Source of the DNA: Basidiobolus meristosporus CBS 931.73 | Taxonomy: Eukaryota > Fungi > Basidiobolomycota | Direction: 5' to 3' | DNA: 64,000 nt | Assembly: GCA_002104905.1 (NCBI GenBank) | Contig: MCFE01000008.1 | Location: forward strand, 62,001-126,000 | Shown: in pieces, positions 14,134-26,849 of the stretch | Layout: every line of letters starts with the position of its first letter | How positions within the stretch are numbered: position 1 is the first letter of the stretch | Position numbers and translations under genes: made by a program | Notes under the pieces: model-generated | What the model was told of the DNA's origin: nothing | Seen by the model: the letters and a program-made list of their open reading frames with translations, nothing else | The model's database searches: none

Positions 14134-14460
14134 TGCAAGTATGTACGAGGGGAGGGGAAGGGGAGGTAGAAATTGTCAACAGTGGAGATCCGGGAATTTA
14201 ATATCCATTAGACTAAATCCAAGATCATCCAAGTTAGCCAATCTTTGTCCACAATTCTCTAAACAAGAATAGACATCAGTGATTAAAGTGTCTACATATT
14301 TCAGCAGCAATGCAATCCAGGCTGGCAAAAAAATTCGAGTGTGGTGCTAGGATATGGATGAGAAAAAAAGAAAAAAAAAGGCAGTGTACTATCTGAACCA
14401 CGAAAGTCCACTTGCCTTCGCAGTTGAAGTGTTTACTCCCTTCAAAGATTTATTCTCATC
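14134..14460. promoter_or_regulatory. Bidirectional promoter RPL35A(1)/NOP14 with A7-G-A9 tract and RRPE/PAC-like words
   Basis: Head-to-head ATGs ~330 bp apart; AAAAAAATTCG near 14327-14338 and GATGAG-A7-G-A9 at ~14357-14379. Function is inferred. Confidence 0.5.
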
Positions 14461-17219
14461 ATGACTGAAGGCGAAAGAAAAGTCTCTGCCCTCAAGCGGT
14501 TGAAGCTCTCTCTACGAGAGGCCGGCGTGATTGGACAGCAGTCAAGAGCGAGCACCAGCAAAAAGGCAAAGAAGCGTGGAAGACCCAATGAAGTCGGAAA
14601 GAATAGTGTTCGCGAGAAGTTGAACACCATTTCGAACGCATTGAACCCGTTCGAATTGAAGGTGTCCAAGACCAAATACGACGTGGTGGGTCGCAAAGTC
14701 AAAGGTGCCCAGGGTCGACCAGGATTAAGCAAACAAATCGGTCAGGACAATCGTAAAAAGACCCTTTTGGTGGAGATGCAAAACAAAAACAAGGCAGGTG
14801 GATTTGTGGATAGGCGTTTTGGTGAAAACGATCCGAACATGACCCCTGAGGAGAAGATGTTGGAGAGATTCGCCAAGGAAAGACAACAGCGCAACAGAAA
14901 TGCTGAGCTTTTCAACCTCGAAGACGAGGACCTTACCCACTACGGCCAATCTCTTGCGGATATGGATGACTTTGATGAAGCTGGCTTGGGAATGAGTGAC
15001 GACGAGAACGGTCAAATCGATCGTACCACAGTCAGTATGTCCCATTTCGGAGGCTTTGAGCCAACTCCTGAGGAGTTGGAGGCTGCCGACCCAGACAGAA
15101 AAAAGAGTAAAGCCGAAGTGATGAAGGAAGTTATCGCCAAGAGCAAATTCCACAAATACGAACGTCAGAAGTTGAAGGAGGAGGATGACGAGTTAAGACA
15201 GGAGTTGGATGACGGGCTCAAGGATATCCAGAGCATCCTTTTTGCCGAAGCAATGAAGAAGGAGGCCGCCGAGAGAGAAAAGGTATTCCTTGATTACTGT
15301 GGCATTCTGTATTCTGTTTTCTAATATGAAGTTTTGCGTAGAATGAGCCCAAGGTGGAGAAGAGTGACCGTGACGAGGCTTATGATGCTCTCGTACGTGA
15401 GATGGTATTTGAAAAACGTGCCAGAGCTACTGACAGACAGAAGACCGAAGAGGAGCTCGCTCTTGAGGAGAAGGAGAAGCTAGAGCGTGCAGAGCGTCAT
15501 CGTAAACGTCGTATGGAAGGATTAGATTCCGACTCCGAAACCGAGGAGGCCCAGCCCAAGAGGAAGCGTGTTGCTGTTGCCGATGATTTGGAGGATGATT
15601 TCCAAGAAGAGGAGTTCGAGATTGATGCTCTCGGTAACAAGGTTCCCAAATCATATGACATTCAAGGCGGCCAATCCTCCGAAGACGAGTCAGAGGAGGA
15701 AGGTGAAAGTGGCGATGAAGAAATGAGTGGAAGCGGTGAGGAGGACGATAGTGAGGAGGAAGGCGAGTCAGAGGAAGAAGAAGAGGATTACTCTGATCTC
15801 GATATGGATGAGACAGAGGTGGCTTCCGATGATGAGGTTGCTCAAAAGAAAAAGTCAGGAAAGGTGTCCAAAAAGTCATCCAGTGGTGACAAGAAAGAAC
15901 TCCCCTTTACCTTCCCAGCTCCCAACAACCACGACGAGTTTTTAGAGCTCATCGATGGATATAACCTGGAGGATCAAATGACTATCATTCACCGTATCCG
16001 AGTCCTACATCATATCCGCTTAGGTGCTGGTAACCGTCAAAAATTGGAAACCCTGTTCACTGTGTTACTAGATCACATCAAGTACTTGTGTCAGCAAAGT
16101 CCTATTCCAATGGTTGAGGTCAACACTATAGTGAAGCATGTTCTCGAGCTGTCACAACAAATGCCCGAGGTTGCCTCCGAATACGCTATGTCCGACATCG
16201 CTGACTCCCAGAAAGCGTTAAACAAGGCATTGGTCAGCGGCGCCAAATCTGGAATGCCCAGTGCTGAGGAGCTGCTTGCTTTCAAGATTTATGGCCAAAT
16301 CTTCCCTACTTCTGATTTACAACACGTAGTTGTCACACCTCTGATGCTTCTTTTGGGCCAATACCTGGGCCAATGCTCAGTCCGTGACGGTCGTGATCTA
16401 TTAACAGGTCTGTTCCTCTGCAATATGTTCCTCGAATTCCAAACCCTGTCCAAGAGAGTGGTCCCCGAAGCACACAACTTCCTTCTCTCAGCATTGTTTC
16501 ATCTTGCACCACGTGATTCCTCCTCGTCTCCTGCTGGATGGTTCCCAATGACTGACGCACATTTCGGTGCATGGGCTAGCGAATTAGATAACGCCAAGTT
16601 AAAATCAGCCGTCCCTGAAGCCATCAATTTCGGGGAAGCTTTGGCGCCCAGCGATGAAGCTTCAGAGTATTTTGCAACCGCTGAGTTCCGTGCAGCTGCC
16701 CTACGAATGGTTGTCCATTTGATTGGAGAAACTGCCGTTTTGTACTGCTCGACTGCAGCCTTTTTGGAGCTGTATACACCTGCCCTTGAGTTGATTAAAT
16801 CCGTACAGCAAAAGAAGTTCTCTGCAGAGTTGAAAAAGGTCTTTAGTGATGTTGAGGAGAAGCTTGCTCGACTTTTGAAGCACGCCACTGATCGCCGTAA
16901 GCCACTCCAACTTCAGAAGCACAAGGCCATTCCCATTGCCTCGTACTTGCCCAAGTTCGAAGAGAATTACTCTATCGATAGACATTACGATCCTGATCGT
17001 GAACGTTCCGAGATGAACAAGCTCAAGAACCAATACAAGAAAGAGCGCAAGGGTGCTATTCGTGAGCTTCGTAAGGATAACCAATTCGTTGCTCGTGAAC
17101 GTATCAAGACTGTTAAGGAGAAGGATACTCAATACCACTCCAAGATGAGAAGTCTTATGGGTGTGTTGTCCGAGGCTCAGGGTGAGATGAAGAAGGCGGA
17201 TAAGAAGAAAAAGAAATAA
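14461..17219 (+). CDS. NOP14: Nucleolar protein Nop14 (SSU processome)
   Basis: NPFE, FVDRRFGEND, EEKMLERF, LTHYGQSL, KSKAEVMKEVIAKSK, YDALVREMVFEKRARATDRQKTEEE, FPTSDLQHVVVTP, PKFEENY, KKERKGAIRELRKDNQF; one intron near 15283-15342. Confidence 0.97.
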
Positions 17220-17825
17220 GCATTAGCTCCTTCATCTTTCGCTACATCCACATAGCTTTTTCGTTGCCCTAGAAATCCACCTTGTATTTCGCGTATTCGA
17301 ACCTTGACATCATGTCTGTTGATTTCCTCGTTCGTTCATCTATATTCCACACATTTAGACGAATCATTCACCTGACTATTTTCTTCTTTTTGTTTGATTG
17401 TAAACTATTCTTACATCCCTTATTTTCAATCCAGGTGGTTCTTTCAACTCAATTCTCGTATATTTAGAGATTTTATTAAAGTTTATTTACGACCCCCTGA
17501 GTATGCATCGAGTTTTGCATTCCAAATTTATGTCATCTAGCGATTTACTTTGTGACAGTACATGAAGATCCCTCACATCCGCGACACAGGAAATAGTGCG
17601 ATGTGCGTATAGTAAAGCTGATGCATAGTGCTCGCCGAGAACTTCGTTGATCTGACAGCACAAAATGACATTGGTGCATGCATATGATTGTAGACATTGT
17701 AAGGGGGGCTTTCAGGAGGTTCCCTCGGAAACTAGAAATTACAAAGGCCGACCCGAGGATTCAGTTGAACTAACCTCTTTTTCTTAATATTGTAAACAAT
17801 CCTTTGAACTTTAACTTTTTAATTG

Positions 17826-19275
17826 ATGTCTTGCGATTTATCGGATCCTACCATCAGCCCCGCTTATGAAGCGGTAGTTAATGACCAAGGTGCAAACTGG
17901 TACGGGCTCTTTACCTCCGGCTGGGAGTGGCTCTGAACATTCTCTTCTTTTAGGCTGCTACTGGGCTACCGCGATAGTGAGGATTCGGTGTTTTTGTATG
18001 CCACGGGGGAAGGCGGGTTGGAGGAATTGAAATCGCATTTAAGTAACGAAGTGCTCTACGGCTATCTTAAATTCGAGGACCGTTTTGTCTTTATAACGTA
18101 TATCAGCGATGAAATTAGGTATGTTTAGGCCTCTTGCGCAACTAGTCACCGCACTCTGACTCACATTTAACTTTAATGTACAGTGGAATGCGCAGAGGTA
18201 CAACGTGGCGAATTTCTGGAATCAAATTGAATCTAATACGCATCTCGTTGTAGCACGCGCCTTTGTTCACGGTAAACAAATCGTCACAGTATTCAACGTA
18301 CGTAATCTACTCTTTTGCGAACCGGCTGCGGGTTTTCGTTAAACTGGATCCAAACATTCAGAAATATGATGTCTATCTCACGGCATCCAACCTTGTTGAT
18401 TTGACGGACGGCAACATCCGCGCACACTTCCGTCCGAAGAGCACTGAGCCTAAAACTCAGTCACCCATCGAGGATACTGCAACCACTTTGGAGCCAAAAG
18501 AACCGGCTCCCGAAGAAATGTCAAACGAGCATTCCTTAGCTGCCGTGGAGGTGCCGGAGGAGATGCCAGGGGCTGCTGTCGAGCCTATAGCGGCCCCCGA
18601 ATTGCAGGCACCCTCAGCTCCAATAGATAAAGAAGAAGTTAGGGAAAACGTACCAGCCGCTGATGAGACCCCGCCTTACGTTGAGCTAGAGGAAACGCCA
18701 CCTGTAAAGGAACCGATAGAAGGAGAGCCTGAGCGTAAAAGCCCGACTTCACTGCAATCAACTCAGGCGGAGGAGATATTGAAGGCTGAGATCAAGAAGA
18801 GGGAGGCTCTCATGAGCCAAGTTATAGATTGTGAAAGTGCCGGAAACGTAGGAAAATCCCTTATGCTTGATTGATTTGGATATCTCACTTTTCATTGCTT
18901 TTACTCCATAGCTTGCTTCATTGACAGGTTATATCACTGTGCAAGGTGGTGGGAATTATGTAGGTGGTATGCGACGGTTCATCTACCACACAAGCCATTA
19001 ATGCGTCGAGTATTTAGTATTGGAAGCGAAGATGGTTTGCACTGCGGAGCAGCTCTTTATTTTTTTACGCCGATGAGCATGCAAGATACCCCTTGTCTAG
19101 CATTGAGCTAGGCGTTGGAATAAATCGAATCGAAGACGCCCAGAGTGACGTTTTGATTCCACACAGTTTCAAGATGGATCTCTCCACCGACCAGGTTTAC
19201 TACTTCTTCGCCGATACATCCGAGGAGAAGGCAAGGTTGCTCAGCGAACTGTCGAGCTGCGTTAGAGTTCAATAG
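17826..19275 (+). CDS. ADF-H (Abp1/coactosin-like) domain + acidic/Pro-rich linker + C-terminal PH domain protein
   Basis: Spliced N-terminus MSCDLSDPTISPAYEAVVNDQGANWLLLGY...GEGGLEEL...LYGYLKF...FITYI...GMRRARAFVH (ADF-H). C-terminus LTGYITVQ...YWKRRWFALR...FYADE...HSF...YYFFADT (PH). Includes a 14-nt exon at 18184-18197. Confidence 0.75.
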
Positions 19276-19401
19276 ACAGGATCTTTTATTACGTATTTGG
19301 ATCGAGCACCAAGCCATCTAAGTAGTGTCTCTTGGATATACATCAATTAGGCTTGCAATTAGAATAAACTCGATTTAATACGAATAGCGTAGGGAACCCA
19401 C

Positions 19402-20564
19402 TCAAAAAATAGAACAGCAAAGGATATACATGCCAATGACAAAGATCAACATACACAAATCGTCATAGGTAGAGGTGAAGATGGTTTTGTATTGGTACAT
19501 TAAGTTCACGCTTCGGTGAATCAAACCTCCATGGAGCTGCAATGGAACTGGAATGGAAGCAGGCTGCGCTCCCTAGATTGGATCGATCGATTAGTATGGC
19601 CGAGCAAACCTCGGTACATCCTTCGAATAGCTAGCCCTACCTTATTGAAGAAAAGACGGATAGCCTGTAGCCCCACTTCTGCCGTCAAAAAATACCAAAA
19701 TACCGGCTTGAAGAGAGTTAGTGGTTGAGTTGAGTATGAGTATGAGGTGTCCAATGACCCTTACCATTTGTCCCAATCGACCCTCGCCGTAGATCTCGTC
19801 TGGTGACCTATCCTTGAGATGCTCGAAACGGTCGGACAGCATGGACTTGCTCATCCCCGCGCCTAGCCATTCCATGTAAAACACGAACATAACCAACACA
19901 CCCACGGCGGTTATTCTCAACGCGAACCACCAACTTGGGGTAGAATTTTGAGCAGGACTGGTTGCAGCCTGCTGCGACAATAACGATGCTAGTGGGGCTT
20001 GACCGGACAACAGTGACTCAAGGTTGAATGGCATAGCATCGGCATTAGGCGTGCTAGAGCCAGATGCGTTTTGCGTCAATATAGACTGCCATTCTTGACG
20101 TAATGCAAACAAGGGATCTTCGCTAGGGCTGGGCTCTCTGACGGGAAGAGCACGAGGAGCTAAAGAAGGGGTGGAGAATTCAGAGCTGGATGGGGTGGTC
20201 CGAATGTCTGGAGTTATTTCGGCACCAGTCGTCTCTGTGGTGCTTTTGGGGGCGATTGGTGGAGTGGAGAATATTTGAGGACCTGAAAACCAGTAAGAGT
20301 TAGTCTAAAAAAGGAGCACCATGAAACTGAGCAGGCATTACTCTCATCCGTAAGAGAAGATTCCTTGATGGCCGATGTTGATCTGTGTTTGGGAGACTCG
20401 GGCTCACTCAACACTGGGTTAGGCGCAGTGACAGGTGAGGCGCCAGAGGAATCGGTAAATGAAGCTTTGATACGATTCAAACGATCTTCACCGCTGGCTA
20501 ATATTCTACGCTGACGGGCTTCACGACGGCGGCGAAGACTTTCTCGGTCAGATTCGGTGGACAT
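19402..20564 (-). CDS. GET2: GET complex subunit Get2/CAML-like
   Basis: N-terminal RRRREARQRRILASGEDRLNRI (Get3-binding motif) and three C-terminal TM segments ending ...YDDLCMLIFVIGMYILCCSIF* at 19402 after manual splicing. Confidence 0.85.
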
Positions 20565-20814
20565 GATGCTCTCTACTATGGTGTGAAAACCCTACTAACT
20601 GGAGTGGATTAGGTAGACTAATCAAGGGATTTCCCTATCCATTTTCACCAATTCGCTGACCCTTCATTATTTGGTCCAGTTAGAATATTGACACATATCA
20701 TCTGGGGAGGGGATGAAGTTTTCAAGATTGGTCAGGCACGATAACACCAATATGATTATTTTTATTTCTCTTATTAAGCTATTTACATGGCATGTTGCAA
20801 CTGATCCGTTCCCA

Positions 20815-22658
20815 CTATCTGGGCGAGTTCCCTCTTGGGCGGGCGCGATCCTGGCTTGAGCAAGCGAATGCGAGTATCCATTTGGCATTCGTAAGGGTGT
20901 ACTTCAGGGCTCGAGTCCATACTTCATCTTGGTTGAATTGCAGCTTAATAGAGGCTTCTCCGATCTTATCCTTGTTAATTCTGGGCAAACGTTAATCTAG
21001 GCGCCATTCCCCATGTTTTACCGGTGAGCAATACCTGTATGGCAGCTTCAGGTTCGGATCTTGCTGCTCGGCAAAGTCACCGAGCTGTTGCAAACAGCTC
21101 AGAAAGGCTACCATCGCATTGTCGAACCGCCGGTTCTGCAATAACCGCCCGATATGCAAATCACCGGACCCGTAACTATAGACACAACGTTGAGCGAACA
21201 AGTCCATGTAAGAGTGTGCAAACCACCTACAGCTCATAACTAGCGCGATCGCCATCGATCTTCTCGATCCTCGAAAATGACCCAAGGGGTACCAATCGAT
21301 AGCTATTATAAAAGAAATGTCAGTGCCACGCGCAATCTCAATGCTGTAAGGCTACTACGTTTTGAATTTAAACCGAAGCTTGTTGGCTATGGTATATAGA
21401 AGCAGTACTGTTTGGCCCCAAGCGGCATTTATCTCGCTCCATTCCACCTAAAATGAATGATGGCCTCATGAGATCACTCGCACATGTGGACTTCAAGTGG
21501 AATCACCTACTGCTTGGTTCGGCAGACGACCTAGCCTAAACCCGTTGATGGTGCCGAAATGACCGTCATGGCCAATGTTGAAAGTGTCGTTATATACATT
21601 GGTCTTCTGCAGTCTCTCGAGCTCGCGTGCATCATGGTCGTACTTCAGATTGACGCTGTCTCTTTCATTTTGAAATTCCTGAAGTTGGATTTGGAATTCG
21701 TTGTATTCCTGCCAATAACTGTAGAACATAGGTTGGTGGTTGCTGGCTTTATATGCATCCTTGTAGATTACCTTTCTTCCATCTCGTTAATCTGCTGCGC
21801 CTCTTGCTCCAGGGCACTGAGCTCTTCCTTCAGCCCAACCAGCTGCTGGTCCATCTTTTCAAGCGATTCAACGGCCGTCTGCTGCTGCTTGTCCAACTAT
21901 GAAAGCTAGTTGATGCGAGTGAGATTGGACTAAGTCCCGATAAGTGGAAGCGTACCTCGGCAATCTCTTTTGTCAACGCTTCCTGGTCAAAATCCTCCCC
22001 TGCTTCCGAATCGATCTTCTCAATGAACTTTTTGTAGCACTCGTACTCCTTGGAAAGCTGATTGAGCTTCTCGGACATGGAATCTAGCAGCATCTCGGTG
22101 CACTCTTGGCACAATGGATGATCCACATCGGTTCTACTTGACATCACCTCCGCCAGACGGTTGACCACACGAATTCGGTGACTCAGGCTAGTGCGCTTGG
22201 AGTCTATCTCCAGCCTCCCGTTCATCTCGCCTGAGTTTTGACCACTCGGCTCAATGGAGCGAGACAGCATCACGTACGAATCTGAAGGAGTAGAAAGATT
22301 CTCCTTGAGATTCTCAGCCGGAAAAGTTAAGGGATTGGGCGACGAAGAGCGTTTAGGTGCGATAATGCGTTTGACCAAAGGAACTGCGGAGGAGGGTAGT
22401 TCTCTTGGTTTCTTTGGACCCTCATTTTCACTGCTAGTCGTTTGTTCAGTTTGGCTAGCGTGCTCGACATCAAACAAATGTGTTGACGAAAAAGAGTCTA
22501 CAAAGAGTACGAAGGCGGTGAGAGAAGGAGGCAAGCAAGACATCAAAGTGGCGTTTACCGATCAGATGGTCGAAGGCGTTATTGCTATCCAAGAGTGAAT
22601 CGTCAATTTTCAAAGATTGCTTGCAACGCTGACAACTTATCGAATTTAAACCGCTCAT
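20815..22658 (-). CDS. ATG6: Beclin-1 / Atg6 / Vps30
   Basis: [16 protein letters not shown], coiled coil, [71 protein letters not shown]; stop at 20815. Confidence 0.95.
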
Positions 22659-23109
22659 GGTCCTGGTCGTATGAGGATTAACCCAGTTACTCTTACGGAA
22701 TTATGCAATTAAAAAGAATGGAAGAAAAGCGTGTGCAATATAGGAACACCCGAGCTGGACTTGTATCGTTTCAAAGGGCACTCCCTTCAATATATATATC
22801 TATATATGTAAAAGCACTATTCACCTCTGAGGTACGTCAACTGAATTTGTTTCTGTATTAGCAGAGTACATCTACACGAACGTTACATTTGCCAAATGGC
22901 CACTCAGATTTGTGACGATCATTTGATTAGCTACTCACAATATCGGCCAAATTAATCAGATTATCATCCAACGGTGTATTCATGTATGCATAATGATGGG
23001 GTTTAGAAAATTTTGTAGTTATCTCGTAACTCGATACCGCATAGTGGATCTTCCTCTTGAAAGGATATCAAGTTAGAGACGCCGGGTGTTAGACTTTTCC
23101 TTTGCCTTC

Positions 23110-23833
23110 ATGCTTCGTATACTCCGCCAAGCAAATAGTGCCGTCTCTCCTGTTCAGAGGATTCAGCCTCTGCTCATGGCCCGGTATGCGACCTCCTCAC
23201 CCAACTCTAGCGACAAGAAGCAGCCCGTAAACGACAAAAACAAGACCTTGGTTTACATGGGACCGATAACCACCACCATTCGCTCCTTCAAATTTTACGG
23301 GCTCATATTCAGTGGTTGCGGCCTTATTTCCATCCCCTTTCTATTAAACGTAGGGGCCGAGCCTCTTCTCGGTGCAACTGGAGGTACATCCACTTACTGC
23401 CTCGTTTGATTCTCAACCTTGCAAACTAACACCGCTCATTGTATTGTACCACACAGCCGGCATCTCAGCACTCACACCTACCATACTCCTACAGTACCTT
23501 ACCTGCAATTATGTCACCAAAGTTTCACTTTGCAACCCACCCGGCAAAGCGAAACGCAAGCATGGATATGATGACAACCAAATGTTGGCTATTGAAACGC
23601 TGAACTTCTTTGGAAAGCCCAAGGAGACAGTGCTGCGTCTGGGTGATCTCCGAGATGATACACGCCGATTCCGGTTCATCTCCTGGAAGAACGTGGGCCC
23701 AACAGGCCGCAAGAACTTCTTCATCGAACGGGAAATCTTCAAAGGAGACCCAACCCTCTCCATGATCCTGAACAGAATCGAGTCGAACACGCCGAAGCGC
23801 AAGCAGAGCTCGTGGTCGCTCTTCAACGTTTAA
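23110..23833 (+). CDS. TMEM70/TMEM186-family mitochondrial inner-membrane protein
   Basis: Presequence-like N-terminus, LVYMGP...KFYGLIFS...TPTILLQYLTCNYVTKV...IETLNFFGKPKET pattern like TMEM70; one intron at ~23385-23457. Confidence 0.7.
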
Positions 23834-24040
23834 CGCCAACATCATGCATAGATGACCCACCTCACCCAGCATCAACAATCCCCTCGTTCAATGTGAATGG
23901 AACTTTATTAATCTTGAAAGGTGGTTCGATACTTGAAATGAAAATAAACATCAACCGTCACATCCCGGGTTGATATCGATATCTCGGTATATACAGAATC
24001 TCAAATAGACAAGAGCCGCTACTTGATGTGGAATGAAATA

Positions 24041-24471
24041 CTAGTTATTCACATCCTTCATATCCTTTTCGGTACGTTTTCCATTGTCGGTAGTCAGACC
24101 AGCGGCTGCCTCTGCTTCCTTCTGCGTGTATGGCTCCTCCTTTAAAAGCTTCACACTGAAGAGCGCGTTAGAACGTAGCACATAGCAAAGGGTCGAGTGG
24201 GGAATACAAACCGTTTCTTGTGGAGCTTTCCGCGGTAATGCTCGGACAGAGCACTGCCGGAGATGAAGTGGCGAGAGCATTGGATGCAGTAGTGCTCGCC
24301 AAGGCCAGGAAGATCGGCATCCCCCTTCTGGGTTGCCAGGAGCTTCTCGGTGTTTTCGGTTTTCAGGTCCTCGTGAATCTGGTCGAGATCTTTGGTTCTT
24401 CTACGGGTGCGGTATTTTCTGGAGATATCGCGGATTCCCCTGTGAGTACGTGAACGACGAAGTCTACCCAT
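24041..24471 (-). CDS. BUD20: Bud20/ZNF593 zinc-finger 60S export factor
   Basis: RRRTKDLDQIHEDL, DLPGLGEHYCIQCSRHF, HYRGKLHKKR|VKLLKEEPYTQKEAEAAAG; one intron. Confidence 0.96.
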
Positions 24472-24768
24472 TCTGGCGTGTGGAATAGAGAGAGAGATCG
24501 AAACCGGGCTGGCATAACCAGAACCTCATTGATCTATAAACTCCCCCCTTAGCGAGAAGCGATTTTTTTCTTTTTTTTGTCGAAAAATAGGGCGGATTTG
24601 AGCGGTGAAAAAAACCCATGATCCCTCGAATGTGAATCAGGATTTCCTTGCGTACGGATTGGCTGGTGTGGACGGGCGGAGAGTAATGTAATTAAGGCCA
24701 GTCATTTCCATGCTCTTTCTTCCTCTTCTAATTCAACTCCCGTTAGTTGGAACGAAACTACATTCATA
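24472..24768. promoter_or_regulatory. Bidirectional promoter BUD20/RPL35A(2) with A8-G-A7 tract on the BUD20 strand
   Basis: Head-to-head ATGs ~300 bp apart; T7-C-T8 at 24563-24578. Function is inferred. Confidence 0.5.
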
Positions 24769-25209
24769 ATGGCCCAACCAGTCCGGTAAGTCGTCATCCA
24801 GAAACGTTTGCTTTCATCCATCCACGATACGTAGCTGAGGGGCGGATGCGAGCGCAAGTGTAGTTCATTCACCGTTCTAACCTAGCCTTTCTGTTCATTC
24901 AGTCTTTACTCCAAGGGTCGCGTCCTAGGCTTCAAGCGCGCCAAGCGTAACCAAAGAGTCAACACCTCCTTGATCCAACTCGAGAACGTCGCCACCAAGG
25001 AGGACACCCAATTCTACCTTGGCAAGAGAGTAGCCTATGTCTACCGTGCCAAGCGTGAGATCAACGGATCCAAGGTCAGAGTCATCTGGGGCCGTGTCAC
25101 CCGCCCTCACGGAAACTCCGGAGTTGTCAAGGCCAAGTTCAGAAGCAACTTGCCCCCTCACTCCTTCGGCGCCTCTGTCCGTGTCATGATGTATCCTTCC
25201 CGTGTTTAA
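24769..25209 (+). CDS. RPL35A: 60S ribosomal protein eL33 (L35a), copy 2; 17-nt exon 1, 117-nt intron
   Basis: Exon 1 ATGGCCCAACCAGTCCG (24769-24785), intron 24786-24902 GTAAGT...CTAAC...CAG. The encoded protein is identical to copy 1. Confidence 0.97.
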
Positions 25210-26139
25210 GTAAACGGGTGGTGTAAGGAAAAGATGCATCCAATCCTTTGCCTTAAATAAAGTCATTATAGATTGACTTTAATCGGTGTTTCTTGGTGTG
25301 TGTGGTCGGTCGGACTAATGATGTTGTGCTTGCATTGTACTCTATCTTTCTCGCATTTTGTCATCCTTCGGAAATGGCGGAAGATGGAAAGTTGTTGCAA
25401 GGATATAGGATCCAATGCTTCCTTGGAAGCTCCCTGTATCAACCTTACATGTTGCCTATGAATGTGTGAGGTGACTATAGTATTATGAAGTCATGTTTAA
25501 TTTATCACGCATACTTTAGTCAAGTTTACCGGATTATTCAATCTAGACACCCGCTATTTGTCCATAGCCACATAAATACTCTGGTTTTTGCCATGCTGGC
25601 ACTTTCGTTATATTCTAAGGTGACCAATCCTATTTGAAGTCAACTTGGGGACCTCGAGGAAGTTGCGTTTAGGAATGCATGGTTCTTGCTTAATGCTTCA
25701 TATAATATTTTTTGTTGCAAATTGTTTGCTTAGCGCCTAGTTATTAGTATGCATAGTTATTGTACTTATTAAGACATTTTTGTTTATTGACGGTGAAAAT
25801 TCTGTTGACCATTTTCTCCAAATTTTCCAAAAGACTCTAAAGTTTCTGGACATGCTGTCATTACCTTCCTGTGCATTCTCAATATGTTTGTTTTTACCCC
25901 TACCAGGTACAGATGCAAGCACAACTCTTGCATACAGTATTTTGTCAACTGGAGCAACACAGCCTGTCAACTCTACCAATTACTCCTATTATTTTCACAA
26001 CACTTTGCACACATATTCTTAGAACTTCCTCAATGTATTCCACATATTGTATTGCTATTATCTTACAGAAGCTCAGACATGACACAATCTACCTCTATTT
26101 GGGATTTTGGGGCTAGCTTTTTCTTTGATCTTTAATAAG

Positions 26140-26660
26140 TAAATTTTGTAAATGCCCCTGAATATTCACCTTGCTTAGTCACTAAGATTGTAGTCTACAA
26201 ATCTTTGCAAATTCCCGCCCAAAATCTCTGTTAGGATTCAATTGGAATAATATCTATCAAAACATCAGCAGCCTAGAATATGAGAAAAGTCAAAGTTGTT
26301 CAAAAAGCCCAAGCTTTGCACACATGTTTTTGTGACATTGATGAGCATATTTTACATGTTTGTTTCACCAAGGCTTAAATAGCATATATGGAAGTCTCCT
26401 GGATGAAGAAGCAAGAAACTCCAGTGCTAATAAGAAGGAAAAAGACAACACTTTAATGAGCAATGATAACCACCAAAGGAGGTATCCAAGACCCTACAAA
26501 GGCAACAGCAACCTGTTCTGTAACTACTGCAAAAGGAAAGGACAGCAACCTTCCATGCAGCTACCTCAAAAGGGAGGGACACATCCAATTGATACTTTCC
26601 AAAGAGAAATTCTCAGCAGAAATTGCCAGAATATGGAAATGCTGCAACATTGAGGATATG
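26140..26660 (+). mobile_element. Degenerate copia LTR piece plus gag fragment (same family as 33847-38531)
   Basis: aatattcacc/ttagtcact/ctttgcacacatg match the LTR. YGSLLDEE...QRRYPRPYKGNSNLFCNYCKRKG matches gag at ~34770-34925. Boundaries are approximate. Confidence 0.8.
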
Positions 26661-26849
26661 TCCTTATGAAAAATAATTTGGTCCTGTGGGTGGATCCAAT
26701 CCAGATCAGCTGTCAAGATCCTGGTATGACACCATTATAATGCTGGTAGCCTGGAATTATTGACCCTCTTCACAATGTCATGATAGGAATGTGGTGGTTT
26801 TTTGCTGATTCTACTGCTATATTAGTAAGTTTACTTGACAGTATTTGAG

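Noticed and set aside
15660-15840. GAG/GAA-rich low-complexity stretch
   Set aside because: Normal acidic region of Nop14.
22790-22810. (TA)n-rich stretch upstream of ATG6
   Set aside because: Short ordinary microsatellite or TATA-like tract.
23920-23940. GGTTCGATAC B-box/T-loop-like word (also GGTTCGATG near 11627)
   Set aside because: No T-stem pairing, acceptor stem or A-box at tRNA spacing, so not a tRNA.
25740-26130. Cluster of short ORFs at the start of the AT-rich block
   Set aside because: No motif recognised. Probably a decayed repeat, but no family could be assigned.
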